A stretch of 63,920 bases of DNA, the filler included. It is 7 parts of 7 records of this genome, joined end to end, with 100 filler letters (N's around TTAATTAATTAA, not from the genome) between each part and the next. Parts side by side here need not be neighbours in the genome. Positions count along the whole stretch, not along the records: positions 18,529 to 26,653 come from SRR31147125_24147; positions 26,754 to 34,853 come from SRR31147125_24158; 5 more parts are not named here. The stretch is one strand, 5' to 3'. The position numbers were made by a program, and so were the translations under genes. Positions 21,239 to 32,420 of the stretch are shown one piece after another; position 1 is the first letter of the stretch; every line of letters begins with the position of its first letter. The notes beneath the pieces were generated by a model. It was not told the DNA's origin, searched no databases, and saw nothing but the letters and a program-made list of their open reading frames with translations.

Positions 21239-24200
21239 ATGAAAAAAAATCTAATTGGATTTGTTTTCCCTGCGCGGGGAAAACTAAAAAAAACTTTGCT
21301 TGTGATGAAACTTACTGGCTTTTTAATTTTGGCTTTACTCTTGCAGGTAAACGCCACTGTGTATTCTCAGAATACCAAGTTTGATGGCGATTATCGTGGG
21401 AAAACGATTCGGGAAGTCTTTAATATGATTGAAAACGAAAGTCGTTTTCGATTTTTCTTTAATGACGACTTTACGAATATTGATCAACGTGTAGATTTTA
21501 CCGTTAAAAACGAAAATATTGATGATATTTTGGATCGTCTTTTTGATGATTCAAATATCAGCTACAATATTTTAGAAAATGACTTGGTTGTTATTACCAC
21601 AGCTGAGTCTGCACAAACAAGAACAGTAACTGGTTCGGTTGTCGATAGGAATGGAGAACCATTGCCAGGTGTTACGGTTGTTGCCAGAGGTACCCAAAAT
21701 GGAACGGTTACTGATTTTGATGGAAACTTTTCGTTGGCTATTAATACAAGTGTAGATGCCTTGGTATTTTCATTTGTAGGTATGGAAACGATGGAAATTG
21801 AAGTAGGCAACAAAAAAGTGATTAATGTAACAATGAGGGATCAGGCTATTGGCTTGGATGAGGTTGTTGCGATTGGTTATGGTGTTCAAACAAAAGAATC
21901 GTTAACTGGTGCGATCTCAGGTGTTACATCTGAAGATCTTGAAAGAGTGCATGCAACTACAGTTAGTGGTGCTCTTGCTGGTAAATTGGCAGGTGTATCT
22001 TTCCGTATGCCTGATGGACGTCCTGGTGCAACTGCGAATATTCAGATTCGTAACATGGGTAATCCATTGTATGTTATTGATGGAATTCAAAAAGATGCGG
22101 GTTCATTTAATAACCTTGCACCAAATGATATCGAAAGTATCACTATTCTAAAAGATGCATCAGCTGCTATTTATGGTATGCGTGCTGCAAACGGGGTAGT
22201 TGTTGTTACAACCAAACGTGGAAAACTGGGTGCTGAGAATACCATTAATGTTGATGCCTATATGGGCTGGCAGAACTGGACTCGTTTCCCTGAAACTGTT
22301 GGAGCTTACGAATGGATGCTTGGAAAAGCTGACGGCGAAATTAACAGAAATGGTTCAACAAACATTACTCCTGAAGAAATTGCGAAGTGGAAAGCTGGAA
22401 CTGAGCCTGGTTACCAGAGTTTTGATTGGTATGATTTTATTATCCAGCCAAATTCTCCACAAACATCATTCAATATTAATACCACAGGGGGATCAGAAAA
22501 AATTAACTATTACCTGTCGTTAACGCGCTTGGATCAAAATTCAATGCTAGGACGTGAATTTACTTTTGGTCGTACCAATGTTCAGGCAAATGTTGATGCA
22601 AAAGTAGCTGAGCGTTTTAAAGTAGGTGTGCAAATTAATGGACGTATTGAAACAAAAGATAATCCAGGTGTACCAGGTGGTGATGACTACTGGGCTCCTC
22701 GTTTTGCCCTTTTCCGTAACCGACCAACAGAACGTCCTTTTGCAAACGATAATCCTGACTATATTAATAACATTGGCCACATGGCTGAAAACTGGGGATT
22801 ATTAACGAAGGAAAATTCAGGATACTGGACTGAAGACTGGCGTGTGATTCAAATGAACTTCACTGGTGAATACGACATTCCAATTGATGGTTTGACAGCA
22901 AAAGGTACTTATTCTTATTACCTGGCAGACAAAGTGATGAATGGACATGAATACACCTATGATGCATATTCATACAGACCAGAAACAGATACATACGAAA
23001 TTACGTTTGCAAATAAAAATCCATGGCGTGAGCGTGGCTTGCACAAAAACATTGAAACAGTACTGCAGGCTCAGTTGAACTATAAGAAAACGTTTGGCGA
23101 TCATAAAATTGCAGCAGTTGTTGTAAATGAGCGTATTGACAGACGTGAACAAGATATTTGGGTCCATGCTGTTCCAAAAACAAATGCACTTCCATTGTTG
23201 CAGTTCCCAGATATGGATACATACAATGACAGTGATTTTGAGATAGCCCGTATCGGTTATATCGGTCGTTTCAACTACAGTTATGCTGATAAATATTACT
23301 TAGAATTGTCAGGACGTAGGGATGGATCATGGAAATTTGCTTCTGATCGTCGTTGGGGATTTTTCCCATCAGGTTCTGTTGGTTGGAGAATTACTGAAGA
23401 AAAATTTGCTAAATCATTATTAGGTGAAAGTAGCTTCAATTTAAAACTTCGTGCTTCGTACGGTGAGCTAGGTGATGACAATGTAGGAATTGGTGCTTTC
23501 GATTATTGGGAAGGATATAATTATGCAACATCTACAGTTATTATGGATGGTGAAATTATAACTGGTTCAAGAGACAAAGGAGTACCTGTTACTTCGATTA
23601 GTTGGTTTACAAGTAAAATTACAGATATCGGAGCTGACTATTCATTTATGAATGGTAAACTTAGTGGTACTGTAGATTACTTTTACCGTAAACGAGAAGG
23701 ACTTAAAGGACGCAAGTGGGATGTACTAACTCCATACCTTATGGGATATAACTTACCTGAAGAGAATGTTAATAGCGATGCTATTATGGGTGCTGAAGCA
23801 TCTATTGCTTATGATGGTAATGTTGGAGAGTTAACCTATCAGGTTGGTGGTAATATTTCTTTTGCCCGTGAAAAATTCTTAGAGTCTTATAAGCCTCAAT
23901 GGGGTAATTCACTAGATCATTATTACAATTCACGGGAAGACCGTTGGACTAGTACTTTCTGGGGATACAATGTAGTTGGACAATTTGAGTCTGTTGAACA
24001 GATTAACAGCTGGCCAATTAACAATGATGGAGCAGGTAATAAATATATGCTGCCTGGTGATCTAATCTACGAAGATATTAATGAGGATGGTAAAATTGAT
24101 TGGGGTGATGGTAGACCAATTGGATATCCAAGAGACAAAAACCCAATTGTAAACTTTGGTTTTAATATTTCTGCTCAATTTAAAGGATTTGACCTTAAAG

Positions 24201-24652
24201 CTGATTTCTCAGGTGGTTCTGCATATTCATATAATCAACGCTGGGAAATGCGTAACCCATATCAGAACACTGGTAACTTGTTGAAGCTTGCATACGAAGA
24301 CAGATGGCATCGTGAAGATCCGTTTGATGTGAATAGTGCATGGATTCCTGGAGATTTGCCTGCATTAAGGTTCAACGATGGAGGTCACAGTAACTATAAC
24401 AAGAACTCATCATACTGGTTAACCAATGCCAGGTATTTACGCTTACGAACTTTAGAAGTTGGGTATACATTGCCTGAGTCTTTAATTGCTAAAGCAGGTA
24501 TGAAAAAGGCACGAATTTACCTTAATACTTATAATTTATTGTCTTTTGATAATTTGAAAAAATTAGGGGTTGAGCCAGAGGTAATGGATCCAAACGGGTT
24601 ACAATATCCACAAAACCGATTGATTAATATTGGTGTAAACCTTTCTTTCTAA
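21239..24652 (+). CDS. susC: SusC-like TonB-dependent transporter with N-terminal signalling extension
   Basis: STN-like N-terminal extension, DEVVAIGYG, PLYVIDG, LKDASAAIYG.RAANGVVVVTTKRG, C-terminal GVNLSF. Confidence 0.95.
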   Translation: MKKNLIGFVFPARGKLKKTLLVMKLTGFLILALLLQVNATVYSQNTKFDGDYRGKTIREVFNMIENESRFRFFFNDDFTNIDQRVDFTVKNENIDDILDRLFDDSNISYNILENDLVVITTAESAQTRTVTGSVVDRNGEPLPGVTVVARGTQNGTVTDFDGNFSLAINTSVDALVFSFVGMETMEIEVGNKKVINVTMRDQAIGLDEVVAIGYGVQTKESLTGAISGVTSEDLERVHATTVSGALAGKLAGVSFRMPDGRPGATANIQIRNMGNPLYVIDGIQKDAGSFNNLAPNDIESITILKDASAAIYGMRAANGVVVVTTKRGKLGAENTINVDAYMGWQNWTRFPETVGAYEWMLGKADGEINRNGSTNITPEEIAKWKAGTEPGYQSFDWYDFIIQPNSPQTSFNINTTGGSEKINYYLSLTRLDQNSMLGREFTFGRTNVQANVDAKVAERFKVGVQINGRIETKDNPGVPGGDDYWAPRFALFRNRPTERPFANDNPDYINNIGHMAENWGLLTKENSGYWTEDWRVIQMNFTGEYDIPIDGLTAKGTYSYYLADKVMNGHEYTYDAYSYRPETDTYEITFANKNPWRERGLHKNIETVLQAQLNYKKTFGDHKIAAVVVNERIDRREQDIWVHAVPKTNALPLLQFPDMDTYNDSDFEIARIGYIGRFNYSYADKYYLELSGRRDGSWKFASDRRWGFFPSGSVGWRITEEKFAKSLLGESSFNLKLRASYGELGDDNVGIGAFDYWEGYNYATSTVIMDGEIITGSRDKGVPVTSISWFTSKITDIGADYSFMNGKLSGTVDYFYRKREGLKGRKWDVLTPYLMGYNLPEENVNSDAIMGAEASIAYDGNVGELTYQVGGNISFAREKFLESYKPQWGNSLDHYYNSREDRWTSTFWGYNVVGQFESVEQINSWPINNDGAGNKYMLPGDLIYEDINEDGKIDWGDGRPIGYPRDKNPIVNFGFNISAQFKGFDLKADFSGGSAYSYNQRWEMRNPYQNTGNLLKLAYEDRWHREDPFDVNSAWIPGDLPALRFNDGGHSNYNKNSSYWLTNARYLRLRTLEVGYTLPESLIAKAGMKKARIYLNTYNLLSFDNLKKLGVEPEVMDPNGLQYPQNRLINIGVNLSF

Positions 24653-24672
24653 ACTTATTAGATATATTTAAT

Positions 24673-26543
24673 ATGAAAAAATTTAATTATATATTAATCC
24701 TGTTACTTGCCTTTAGCTGGGGATGTGACGATGATGGTTTTTTGGACAGGGAGCCAACAAACATCTTAATTGATGATCAGATTTGGAATGATCAAAGTTT
24801 GGTATTGTCTGTTGTTGCAGACATTTACGATCGTATCCCTGAATATCAATCTTTACAAAACTGGGGAAGTTTTGCTGATTTTGACGAAGCATTTCATTCT
24901 GATGATTATGGTCGTCATCATAACAACGATTATGGATATGGTTCATGGGGAAATTGGGATTATGGTTTAATCCGTGACATTAACCTATTCATTCAAAAAT
25001 CAAGTTCTGAATTGACTGATGGACTTAGGCTGAAGATAAAGCCAGGTTTGTTGCTGAAGGTCGTTTTTTACGTGCTGCCATGTATTTCGAAATGGTAAAA
25101 GGTATGGGAGGTGTACCTCTGGTGCTTGAACCATTGACTTATGATTTTAGTGGCGATCCTTCTTATTTGGAGCAACCACGTGCGAAAGAATCAGAAATTT
25201 ATGATTTTATTATTAGCGAGCTTGATGCGATTAAGAATGATCTTCCGAACGATGCTGGAATTAAAGGTCGTGCAACAAAAGGTTTAATTCTTGCAATGGA
25301 ATCTCGTGTAGCACTATATGCTGCTTCTATTGCAAAGTATGGAGTAAATACTCCAAACGTTACTCTTCCTGGTGGTGAAGTAGGTATTCCTACAAGTAAA
25401 GCTGACGCTTATTATGCAAAAGCATTAAGTGCAGCAGAAGAGTTGATCAACAGTGGTACTTATTCTTTGTACAATAAAAAAGAAGATCTTTCAGAAAACT
25501 TCGCGAATCTGTTTATTGATAAAGGAGGAAACACTGAAGTTATTTTTGTAAAAGACTATAAACTTCAAAGTGGTAAAGTGCAACCCTGGACATTGGTTAA
25601 CCAACCATGGTCTGGTGCTGAAGATTTAGAAGGTGGTCGTATTAACCCTTCATTAAACTTGGTACAGTCATTTGAAAAGTTGGATAATACCTTTGAAACT
25701 TATCAAACAAAAACAACAGAGGGTGACTATCTTTATTTTGATAGTCCTACTGATATGTTTGCCGGACGTGATGCACGTTTAGCTGGAACTGTTCTTCTTC
25801 CTGGAACCAAATTCAAAGGTAAAGATTTGGATATTTGGGCTGGTTACAAAATGGCTGATGGCAGTATTCTAACTGGTGATACTTATGGATTTAGAACTGA
25901 ATTGCCAAATGGTATGGTTGAGCCGGTAGTTGGTTGGGACGGTCCGATTAACGGATTGTTGTTTACTGCTCAAACAGGATTTTATGTGCGTAAGCATATG
26001 GATACAGCAACAGGTTCAGGACAGCGTGGTCTAAATAGTGAAACATGGTGGGTGCGTTACCGCTTGGCAGAAGTTTATCTAAATGCTGCTGAAGCTGCTT
26101 TTGAATTGGGTGATGCAGACAAAGCCGCCGGTTTTATGAATGTAGTTCGTCGTAGAGCTGGATTTACAACTGATTTGGTTGCTGCAGATATGAGCTTTGA
26201 TCGTATTGTACACGAACGTAAAGTTGAATTGGCTTTTGAAGGCCACCAACTGTGGGATATGAAACGTTGGAGATTAGCTCATAAAGTTTGGAATGGAGAG
26301 CGCGTACCGTTGACTGATAAACCATGGAAAGCTGACGAAGTAAGTACTCAGGTATTCGGATTATGGCCTTACAAATATTGGGAAGAAGGAAGTCCTAATC
26401 ATGGTAAGTATATCTTTGAACAGTTGCTTCCAAATCAGGTGACTGGTGCTGATCGTTTTCGTTTAGGTAATTACTATTCTTATATTAGTGATGAGGCTGT
26501 AAACAGAAACCCTCAAATTGTTAAGAACCCTAACCATAATTAA
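24673..26543 (+). CDS. susD: SusD/RagB glycan-binding lipoprotein; frameshifted at about 25025
   Basis: Lipoprotein signal (WGC), EGRFLRAAMYFEMVK.MGGVPL (restored by +1 nt), RLAEVYLNAAEA, ERKVELAFEGH. Confidence 0.9.
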
Positions 26544-26546
26544 TAG

Positions 26547-26653
26547 ATGATGAGAAAGTTTAAATTATTTATATTATTGGTCATTGTAGCTGCTTTCTTT
26601 GCTTCGTGCGAATATGACAATTACGATGAGCCAGGATCATTTCTTCAGGGTAG
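26547..26653 (+). CDS. PUL lipoprotein, DUF3823-like (N-terminal fragment)
   Basis: MMRKFKLFILLVIVAAFFASCEYDNYDEPGSFLQG: lipobox and DNYDEP motif directly after susD. Confidence 0.7.
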
Positions 26654-26753
26654 NNNNNNNNNNNNNNNNNNNNNNNNNNNNNNNNNNNNNNNNNNNNTTA
26701 ATTAATTAANNNNNNNNNNNNNNNNNNNNNNNNNNNNNNNNNNNNNNNNNNNN
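26654..26753. other. Artificial contig linker
   Basis: N44-TTAATTAATTAA-N44. Confidence 0.99.
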
Positions 26754-26856
26754 AAAAAATATTTTATACTAAGCAAATCACGGCGAAAAATCATATTTAA
26801 TAGTATTATAATACTATATCGTTTTAAAATTTAAAAGATATTTGTTTAGGTTGTTG

Positions 26857-28008
26857 TTAATAAGTTTTTGGCATAATGTTTGTTTCAAAAGCTGCAGATC
26901 TTGCTATAGTTTCGAATACTACAAAATCTGGATTATAATCTTCTATTATGTCTATAAGAAAATTAGAATGATCATCTTTGGTTTTTACATTGTAGTGGAC
27001 ATCATAAACATAAGTAAATGTATTTACAAAATAACATTCCATCGAGCTATAGAAAGAATCTCTAATTATAAGAATTGTCATGTCGTTTAGACCATCTGGG
27101 TTAGTGGTCAATTTCAAAGTTTTCCAATTAGCATCTTCGGTCAAATATTCTGGCTCAGGATTGTTATTGGGATAAAAACTAACATCAACAGAAAAATCGA
27201 TGTCTTTTTTGTTGATGCCTTGATTTCTAGCAAGCTCATAACCATTGCTTTTTTCTGTATCATAATTTTTTAGCTGAACTTTCTTTAAGTCGAATCCATT
27301 TTGATTATTGATGCTGTCTATTATTGAACTGTAGCCAAAAAATGCTCCTAGTTTTGTCCAGTGTGAATCTGTCTTATAATAAAGAAAATCGCCATATTCT
27401 TGTTTTTCTTCAATTAAGTCCTCTGCTAAAAATGTATAGTTTTGTGATAGATCATGTTGTCTTATTGCCAAATCAAATTCATATATATAATTATCTTTAT
27501 ATGATTTTGTGGTCCATTTCGGCATGTATTCTTCATAAATATGATGCTTATTAGGGCATATTACGTATAAAAATCCAATATCGTATTTGGATAGATATTC
27601 TTTAAGCGTATAAATTTTTTCTATAGTGTTATTGATATCATCTCTTGAAAAATCAAAGGTATTTCTGTATTGTGCAAGATATTTTTCGCTGTCATCACTT
27701 AAAAACTTATATCCATTTTGACCTAAAATAACTTTATCTTTATTGGTGGTCACTCCGATAGTATCATTTATGTTTGACCAAAATGTAATGATGGTTTTCC
27801 TAAAAGGTAAATAATCAGAAAAGAAGGATTCGAAGCTTTTGGTTTTGTTATTTGATTCTATAACTTCTTGCAGAGTTAAAGGGTTTCTAAAATCCATTTC
27901 TAAGACAACTTGCTTGCTTTGTTTCTTTAAAATCGGCATGAGTAATAAAGGTGTTAATAAAATAATAATACCTATAAAAATATATATAATCTTATTGAGT
28001 TTATTCAT
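26857..28008 (-). CDS. AlgX/AlgJ-like (DHHW-type) polysaccharide O-acetyltransferase
   Basis: N-terminal TM, DYLPFR, PNKHHIY, YYKTDSHWT, IRDSF; downstream of the MBOAT gene. Confidence 0.82.
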   Translation of the reverse strand: MNKLNKIIYIFIGIIILLTPLLLMPILKKQSKQVVLEMDFRNPLTLQEVIESNNKTKSFESFFSDYLPFRKTIITFWSNINDTIGVTTNKDKVILGQNGYKFLSDDSEKYLAQYRNTFDFSRDDINNTIEKIYTLKEYLSKYDIGFLYVICPNKHHIYEEYMPKWTTKSYKDNYIYEFDLAIRQHDLSQNYTFLAEDLIEEKQEYGDFLYYKTDSHWTKLGAFFGYSSIIDSINNQNGFDLKKVQLKNYDTEKSNGYELARNQGINKKDIDFSVDVSFYPNNNPEPEYLTEDANWKTLKLTTNPDGLNDMTILIIRDSFYSSMECYFVNTFTYVYDVHYNVKTKDDHSNFLIDIIEDYNPDFVVFETIARSAAFETNIMPKTY

Positions 28009-28081
28009 ATATAATCACATTCCTTTTACTGCAGCATTGTGTAGTACCAAAGGCACAAACTTTTATGACAATCGAATCATC

Positions 28082-29548
28082 TTAAAATCTAAAATAGATA
28101 AAGGGGTTATAAGTTCCGCTGTAAATGCTTGTTATACTTATAAAGAAAAGAATGAACAGTATAACTGTAACGACGTTTTTAAAAGCAACATTGGATTTTG
28201 CTTTATCGTTTATCTTGCTGCCAGCTCCAATACATACAAAAACCGAGAACACCATAGCTATTATAACGTTGGGTTGCATAAATTCAGCTGGAATTCTGTA
28301 TAGTTCGCCAGAAAATTCGGCAAACGGACTGAAAAGAATTTTAATATATTGTATACAAAATTCGCAACCTACCGATCTAAACATAACCCAACCAAGAAGC
28401 ACAACCAAGATTGTGTAGATATGCCCTAAGAAGACAGGGGTTTTTTTGAGAACTTTGCCTATAAAGAGCCTTTCTAACACTAAAAATAAACCATGCCACA
28501 AACCCCAAAATAAAAATGTCCAGTTTGCACCATGCCAAAGACCACATAAGAAGAATACAATGACAAGATTTATGTATGTCCGCAAGTTTCCTTTTCTGTT
28601 TCCTCCAAGAGGGATATAAAGATAATCTCTAAACCATGATGAAAGTGAGATATGCCATCTTCGCCAAAAATCTTGCACGGAGTTTGCTGTATAGGGTAAA
28701 TTAAAGTTTTCAAGGAGATCAAAACCAAAAATCTTAGCAAGACCAATCGCCATATCTGAATATGCAGAAAAGTCTAAGTAGATTTGTAATGCGTATGCAA
28801 CAACGCCAATCCATGCTAATGAAAAATGGATATCCGAAACAGGTAAATCAAAAATCCCATCGGCAGCTAAAGCTACTGTGTTTGCTAATAACACTTTTTT
28901 TATAAAACCAGATATAAAGCGCATCATGCCATCATAAATCATAGTGACATCTGTGCTTCTATTCTCAATTTGAGCGTAAATATCAGAGTATCTTACGATA
29001 GGTCCTGCGATTAGCTGAGGAAAAAATGAAACGTACAAAGTAAAGTTTAGAAACTTTTTTGTTGATTCAACTTTTCCAAAATATACATCCAAAGTGTAAC
29101 TTAAAGCTTGAAACGTATAAAAACTAATACCAAGTGGCAATAGAATATTTTGCATAAAGGGTGGTGTGCTATATGTGATGCCTATTTTTGATGCGATATT
29201 TTGCATGTTGAAATTAAAGAACATCATATACTTAAAATAAAAAAGTACTCCAAGGCTAAGGGATAAACACAAAATGAGCACTGTCTTTTGAAACGCAGTT
29301 CTTTTTTCACTTTTGGATAAAAGCCTATCTTTTTTACCCATTGTCAAAAGGTGTCCACTTGTAAAATTGATAACAATAATGGATAACATAATTAAGATAT
29401 CTTTGCCGCTACCCCAAAGGATAAATAGGAGGCTAAATATTAATAGAATGATATTTGATACTTTTAAATTAATTTTTGATGATAGAGTATATAGGACTAA
29501 TAAAATAGGTAAAAACCCAAAGATAAAGATTGCTGACGAAAAGACCAT
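28082..29548 (-). CDS. MBOAT O-acyltransferase (AlgI/DltB family)
   Basis: MVFSS, LPLGISFYTFQ, FFPQLIAGPI, DFSAYSDMAIG, FWRRWHISLS, GLWHGA, FIYFRF. Confidence 0.93.
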   Translation of the reverse strand: MVFSSAIFIFGFLPILLVLYTLSSKINLKVSNIILLIFSLLFILWGSGKDILIMLSIIVINFTSGHLLTMGKKDRLLSKSEKRTAFQKTVLILCLSLSLGVLFYFKYMMFFNFNMQNIASKIGITYSTPPFMQNILLPLGISFYTFQALSYTLDVYFGKVESTKKFLNFTLYVSFFPQLIAGPIVRYSDIYAQIENRSTDVTMIYDGMMRFISGFIKKVLLANTVALAADGIFDLPVSDIHFSLAWIGVVAYALQIYLDFSAYSDMAIGLAKIFGFDLLENFNLPYTANSVQDFWRRWHISLSSWFRDYLYIPLGGNRKGNLRTYINLVIVFFLCGLWHGANWTFLFWGLWHGLFLVLERLFIGKVLKKTPVFLGHIYTILVVLLGWVMFRSVGCEFCIQYIKILFSPFAEFSGELYRIPAEFMQPNVIIAMVFSVFVCIGAGSKINDKAKSNVAFKNVVTVILFILFFISITSIYSGTYNPFIYFRF

Positions 29549-29554
29549 GCTGAA

Positions 29555-31459
29555 CTAACCCTTTCTACGCAATGATTTTTTGATACCTTGAACAAATTTA
29601 ACGATTCTATTATCCAAGTGTAGATAAAGCCATAGTTTTGCCCTTTTATAAAGCGATTGCTTGGGAATATAATTTACAGTTGTGTTTAAATAGTGCATGA
29701 TACCATTATAGCTATCACATTCCAAATCAAATTCAGAAAATAGCTTATACCCAATTTTTCTTAACATGTGATACTGAGCGGATGTTTGAAGTTTTGCATA
29801 CTCATCTGACATAACTTGTGCTGCAAAATACCCAGATTGTTGAGCTGCATAAGAGTATAATCGCTCGTATGCATGAAGCATAGTTCCGTTTGTTCCGTTT
29901 GGCTCTTTTGGATAATCATCATATGTCATAGTATCATCTATTAAAATTTCTAAAGCTTTACCCCTAAGCCAAAACATAGTACCAAGAGGAGAGACAGGAG
30001 GTCTGTCCTCGCTTATATCAACTGTTATATGGTGCTTTTTTGCAAGGTGGACTGTGTTTTCAAAATTTAATGTCCAATCTCTCCCTATTGATGAAAACAT
30101 TTGACCATGAAAAGGTATTGTTGGGCTTAATGTTCCAAGCCTTTTGTTTGATTTAAAGATTTCTATTACGTTATTTACAAAGCTTTTAGAAGCTAATGTG
30201 TTTTCAAAGCATTGATAACTGAAAGTTTCGCCAACGATATTTGGGTTAAATTGAGTTGTCTTTTTATCGTGAACAAAACAGATAACGTCATAGCCTCGAA
30301 GAACGTCTTTAAGACCGATAAGCAAAGAGCTTACATCTCTGCCTTTGTTACCAATAACTCTGACATCTAACTTATGACACTTAAGAGAAGAAAACACTTC
30401 TTCAATTTGCTTTTTCTTTGCTTCATTATTAGTTGTTATAAAAACGTCAGTATATTCTGGCATAGATTTTGCATAGTCTAAACAATATTCAAATAAATCT
30501 TCATAATAAAGATGCATGCCAAGTGCAAGCGATTCGATTTTTTCATTTGATTTTGGAACATCGTAATCCTTAGGTACTATATAGGTAAGCCCCAATGCAT
30601 TTTTAATATCGTGTTGATTTGCCACTCTTAATATATAATCGTATATTATATCCATATTATAACTTGTATTTTCGTCAATATATCTCACAGTATGTTTCAT
30701 ATCTTGACCCAAAGAATACTCTAAAGTACGGTCTAAATCTCTGTAAAATATCTCGCTGTTTAAAAAAGGAGTGTTTAAATTTTTTAAACTGATAAAGGGA
30801 CAATCTAAAAGAGGGTTTGTACAATATATTTGGTTATCTAAACTTATAAAACTAGTATGTTTATAACCCTTACTTTCAAAATACTCAGTAAAAGCCAGAT
30901 CAAACTTTGCGTCCGCTTTGCCTTGGCTTTTATAGTTTTTTAACTTGCCCAAAAATGATTCAAATTCAGGTGAATTAAACATGTTGGATCTTACAGCAAA
31001 AAAATCTAAGTCTATATGTTTTTTAACCTCAAAAGGCTTTTTCCTATTATAATATAAAAATTCAGATGTAGTGCTTTTGTGAGTGTAGTTATAACAAAGC
31101 CCCCAAAAATCTATATCTGATGTGTTTAAGCTGCTAAATAGTTCATTCGAATCGCAAAAAGGACCGATTATTTTACTATCTACAAAAAGGATTTCATCAT
31201 AAACTCTTTTATCACATAGATTAAAACCCAATTGATATGCATGTTGCTTATATCCATAAGAAAGTTTAGAGACAGTTTTACATAAAGGCGTAATTTCCTT
31301 TAAACTTGCATCGTCTATATATTGTTTATAGATAAAAATTATATCATCACAGTGGTTTTTAATATTTAAAATAAATTCTTTATGTACATTGTCAAACTTT
31401 CCATGTTTATCATAAAAATAATATATACAAAGTCTTTTGTTTGATTTATCCAAATGCAT
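29555..31459 (-). CDS. rgpF: Rhamnan synthesis protein F family
   Basis: DFWG, HLYYEDL, NKGRDVS, HDKKT, GTMFW and HAYER motifs of RgpF. Confidence 0.82.
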   Translation of the reverse strand: MHLDKSNKRLCIYYFYDKHGKFDNVHKEFILNIKNHCDDIIFIYKQYIDDASLKEITPLCKTVSKLSYGYKQHAYQLGFNLCDKRVYDEILFVDSKIIGPFCDSNELFSSLNTSDIDFWGLCYNYTHKSTTSEFLYYNRKKPFEVKKHIDLDFFAVRSNMFNSPEFESFLGKLKNYKSQGKADAKFDLAFTEYFESKGYKHTSFISLDNQIYCTNPLLDCPFISLKNLNTPFLNSEIFYRDLDRTLEYSLGQDMKHTVRYIDENTSYNMDIIYDYILRVANQHDIKNALGLTYIVPKDYDVPKSNEKIESLALGMHLYYEDLFEYCLDYAKSMPEYTDVFITTNNEAKKKQIEEVFSSLKCHKLDVRVIGNKGRDVSSLLIGLKDVLRGYDVICFVHDKKTTQFNPNIVGETFSYQCFENTLASKSFVNNVIEIFKSNKRLGTLSPTIPFHGQMFSSIGRDWTLNFENTVHLAKKHHITVDISEDRPPVSPLGTMFWLRGKALEILIDDTMTYDDYPKEPNGTNGTMLHAYERLYSYAAQQSGYFAAQVMSDEYAKLQTSAQYHMLRKIGYKLFSEFDLECDSYNGIMHYLNTTVNYIPKQSLYKRAKLWLYLHLDNRIVKFVQGIKKSLRRKG

Positions 31460-31469
31460 TTTTTAATTT

Positions 31470-32297
31470 TTAACCCTTTATAATTTTATTTATCTTTGTT
31501 GCATCCCCATAAATGATTGGCGAATCGTATGGTCTATCTGGAAAAACACCGTATTCTAACTCTATGTTAAAATTGTTATCTTCAATATACTGTATAACAA
31601 CATCTTTTAACATCTTAGCTTCGCCAGAGCAGCAGTTTATAACGCCGCATATTTCATCTTGCATAGCAACGCTTGCAATTTGAAAGCCTAAGTCCTTAAC
31701 GCTAATAAAATCGTATTTATTTGTACCTGTTGTAAAAGGAAACTTTTCTTTACCTTGTTTTTCGGCTTCTATTAGCTTTGTAAAAACAGATGAATTTCTT
31801 TCGTCATCTCCGATAATATAAAAAGCTCTAACCCATTGAAGCTTTGTATCTGTTTTTTCTATGCTTATAGCTAAACTTCTTCTAAGAGCATCCTTAGCAA
31901 TGCCATAAAGCGAACGCGGATTTGTTGGAGTATCTTGTGAAACAACACCTTCGTGATACCCGATTTCGTGCATAGAACCCATAATCACAACTTGTTTTAG
32001 TCCTTGGTTTACCATATCCATAACAAAATTATAGTGGCTTGATAAAAATTGCATATGATCTGGAGAGTTGTGTAAAAATCCACTTTTCCAAGCCATATGA
32101 ATCATAACATCAGGGCTTCCAAGCTTTTTAAAAATGTTATCGCAAGCTTCAAAAATATCAAATGTAATCTTTTTAGCTCTGTCATCAATATTGTCCAACT
32201 TAAAATCCAAAGCTACAACTTCTGTTCCTTGGTCTAAAAGACTTTTAACAACATATCTTCCTATATATCCACCAGCGCCTGTTACTAATACTTTCAT
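31470..32297 (-). CDS. NAD-dependent epimerase/dehydratase (nucleotide-sugar)
   Basis: VTGAGGYIG, GSMHEIGY, YGIAK (YxxxK). Confidence 0.88.
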   Translation of the reverse strand: MKVLVTGAGGYIGRYVVKSLLDQGTEVVALDFKLDNIDDRAKKITFDIFEACDNIFKKLGSPDVMIHMAWKSGFLHNSPDHMQFLSSHYNFVMDMVNQGLKQVVIMGSMHEIGYHEGVVSQDTPTNPRSLYGIAKDALRRSLAISIEKTDTKLQWVRAFYIIGDDERNSSVFTKLIEAEKQGKEKFPFTTGTNKYDFISVKDLGFQIASVAMQDEICGVINCCSGEAKMLKDVVIQYIEDNNFNIELEYGVFPDRPYDSPIIYGDATKINKIIKG

Positions 32298-32420
32298 AAA
32301 AAATTTCCTTAAAATCTGTCTATATACAACAACAAAATAATTGCAGTCTTTTTAACATTTTAGCTAAATTAGCAACTAAATTATACAATACAGCAAATAC
32401 ATTTGCAATTGATATATTAT

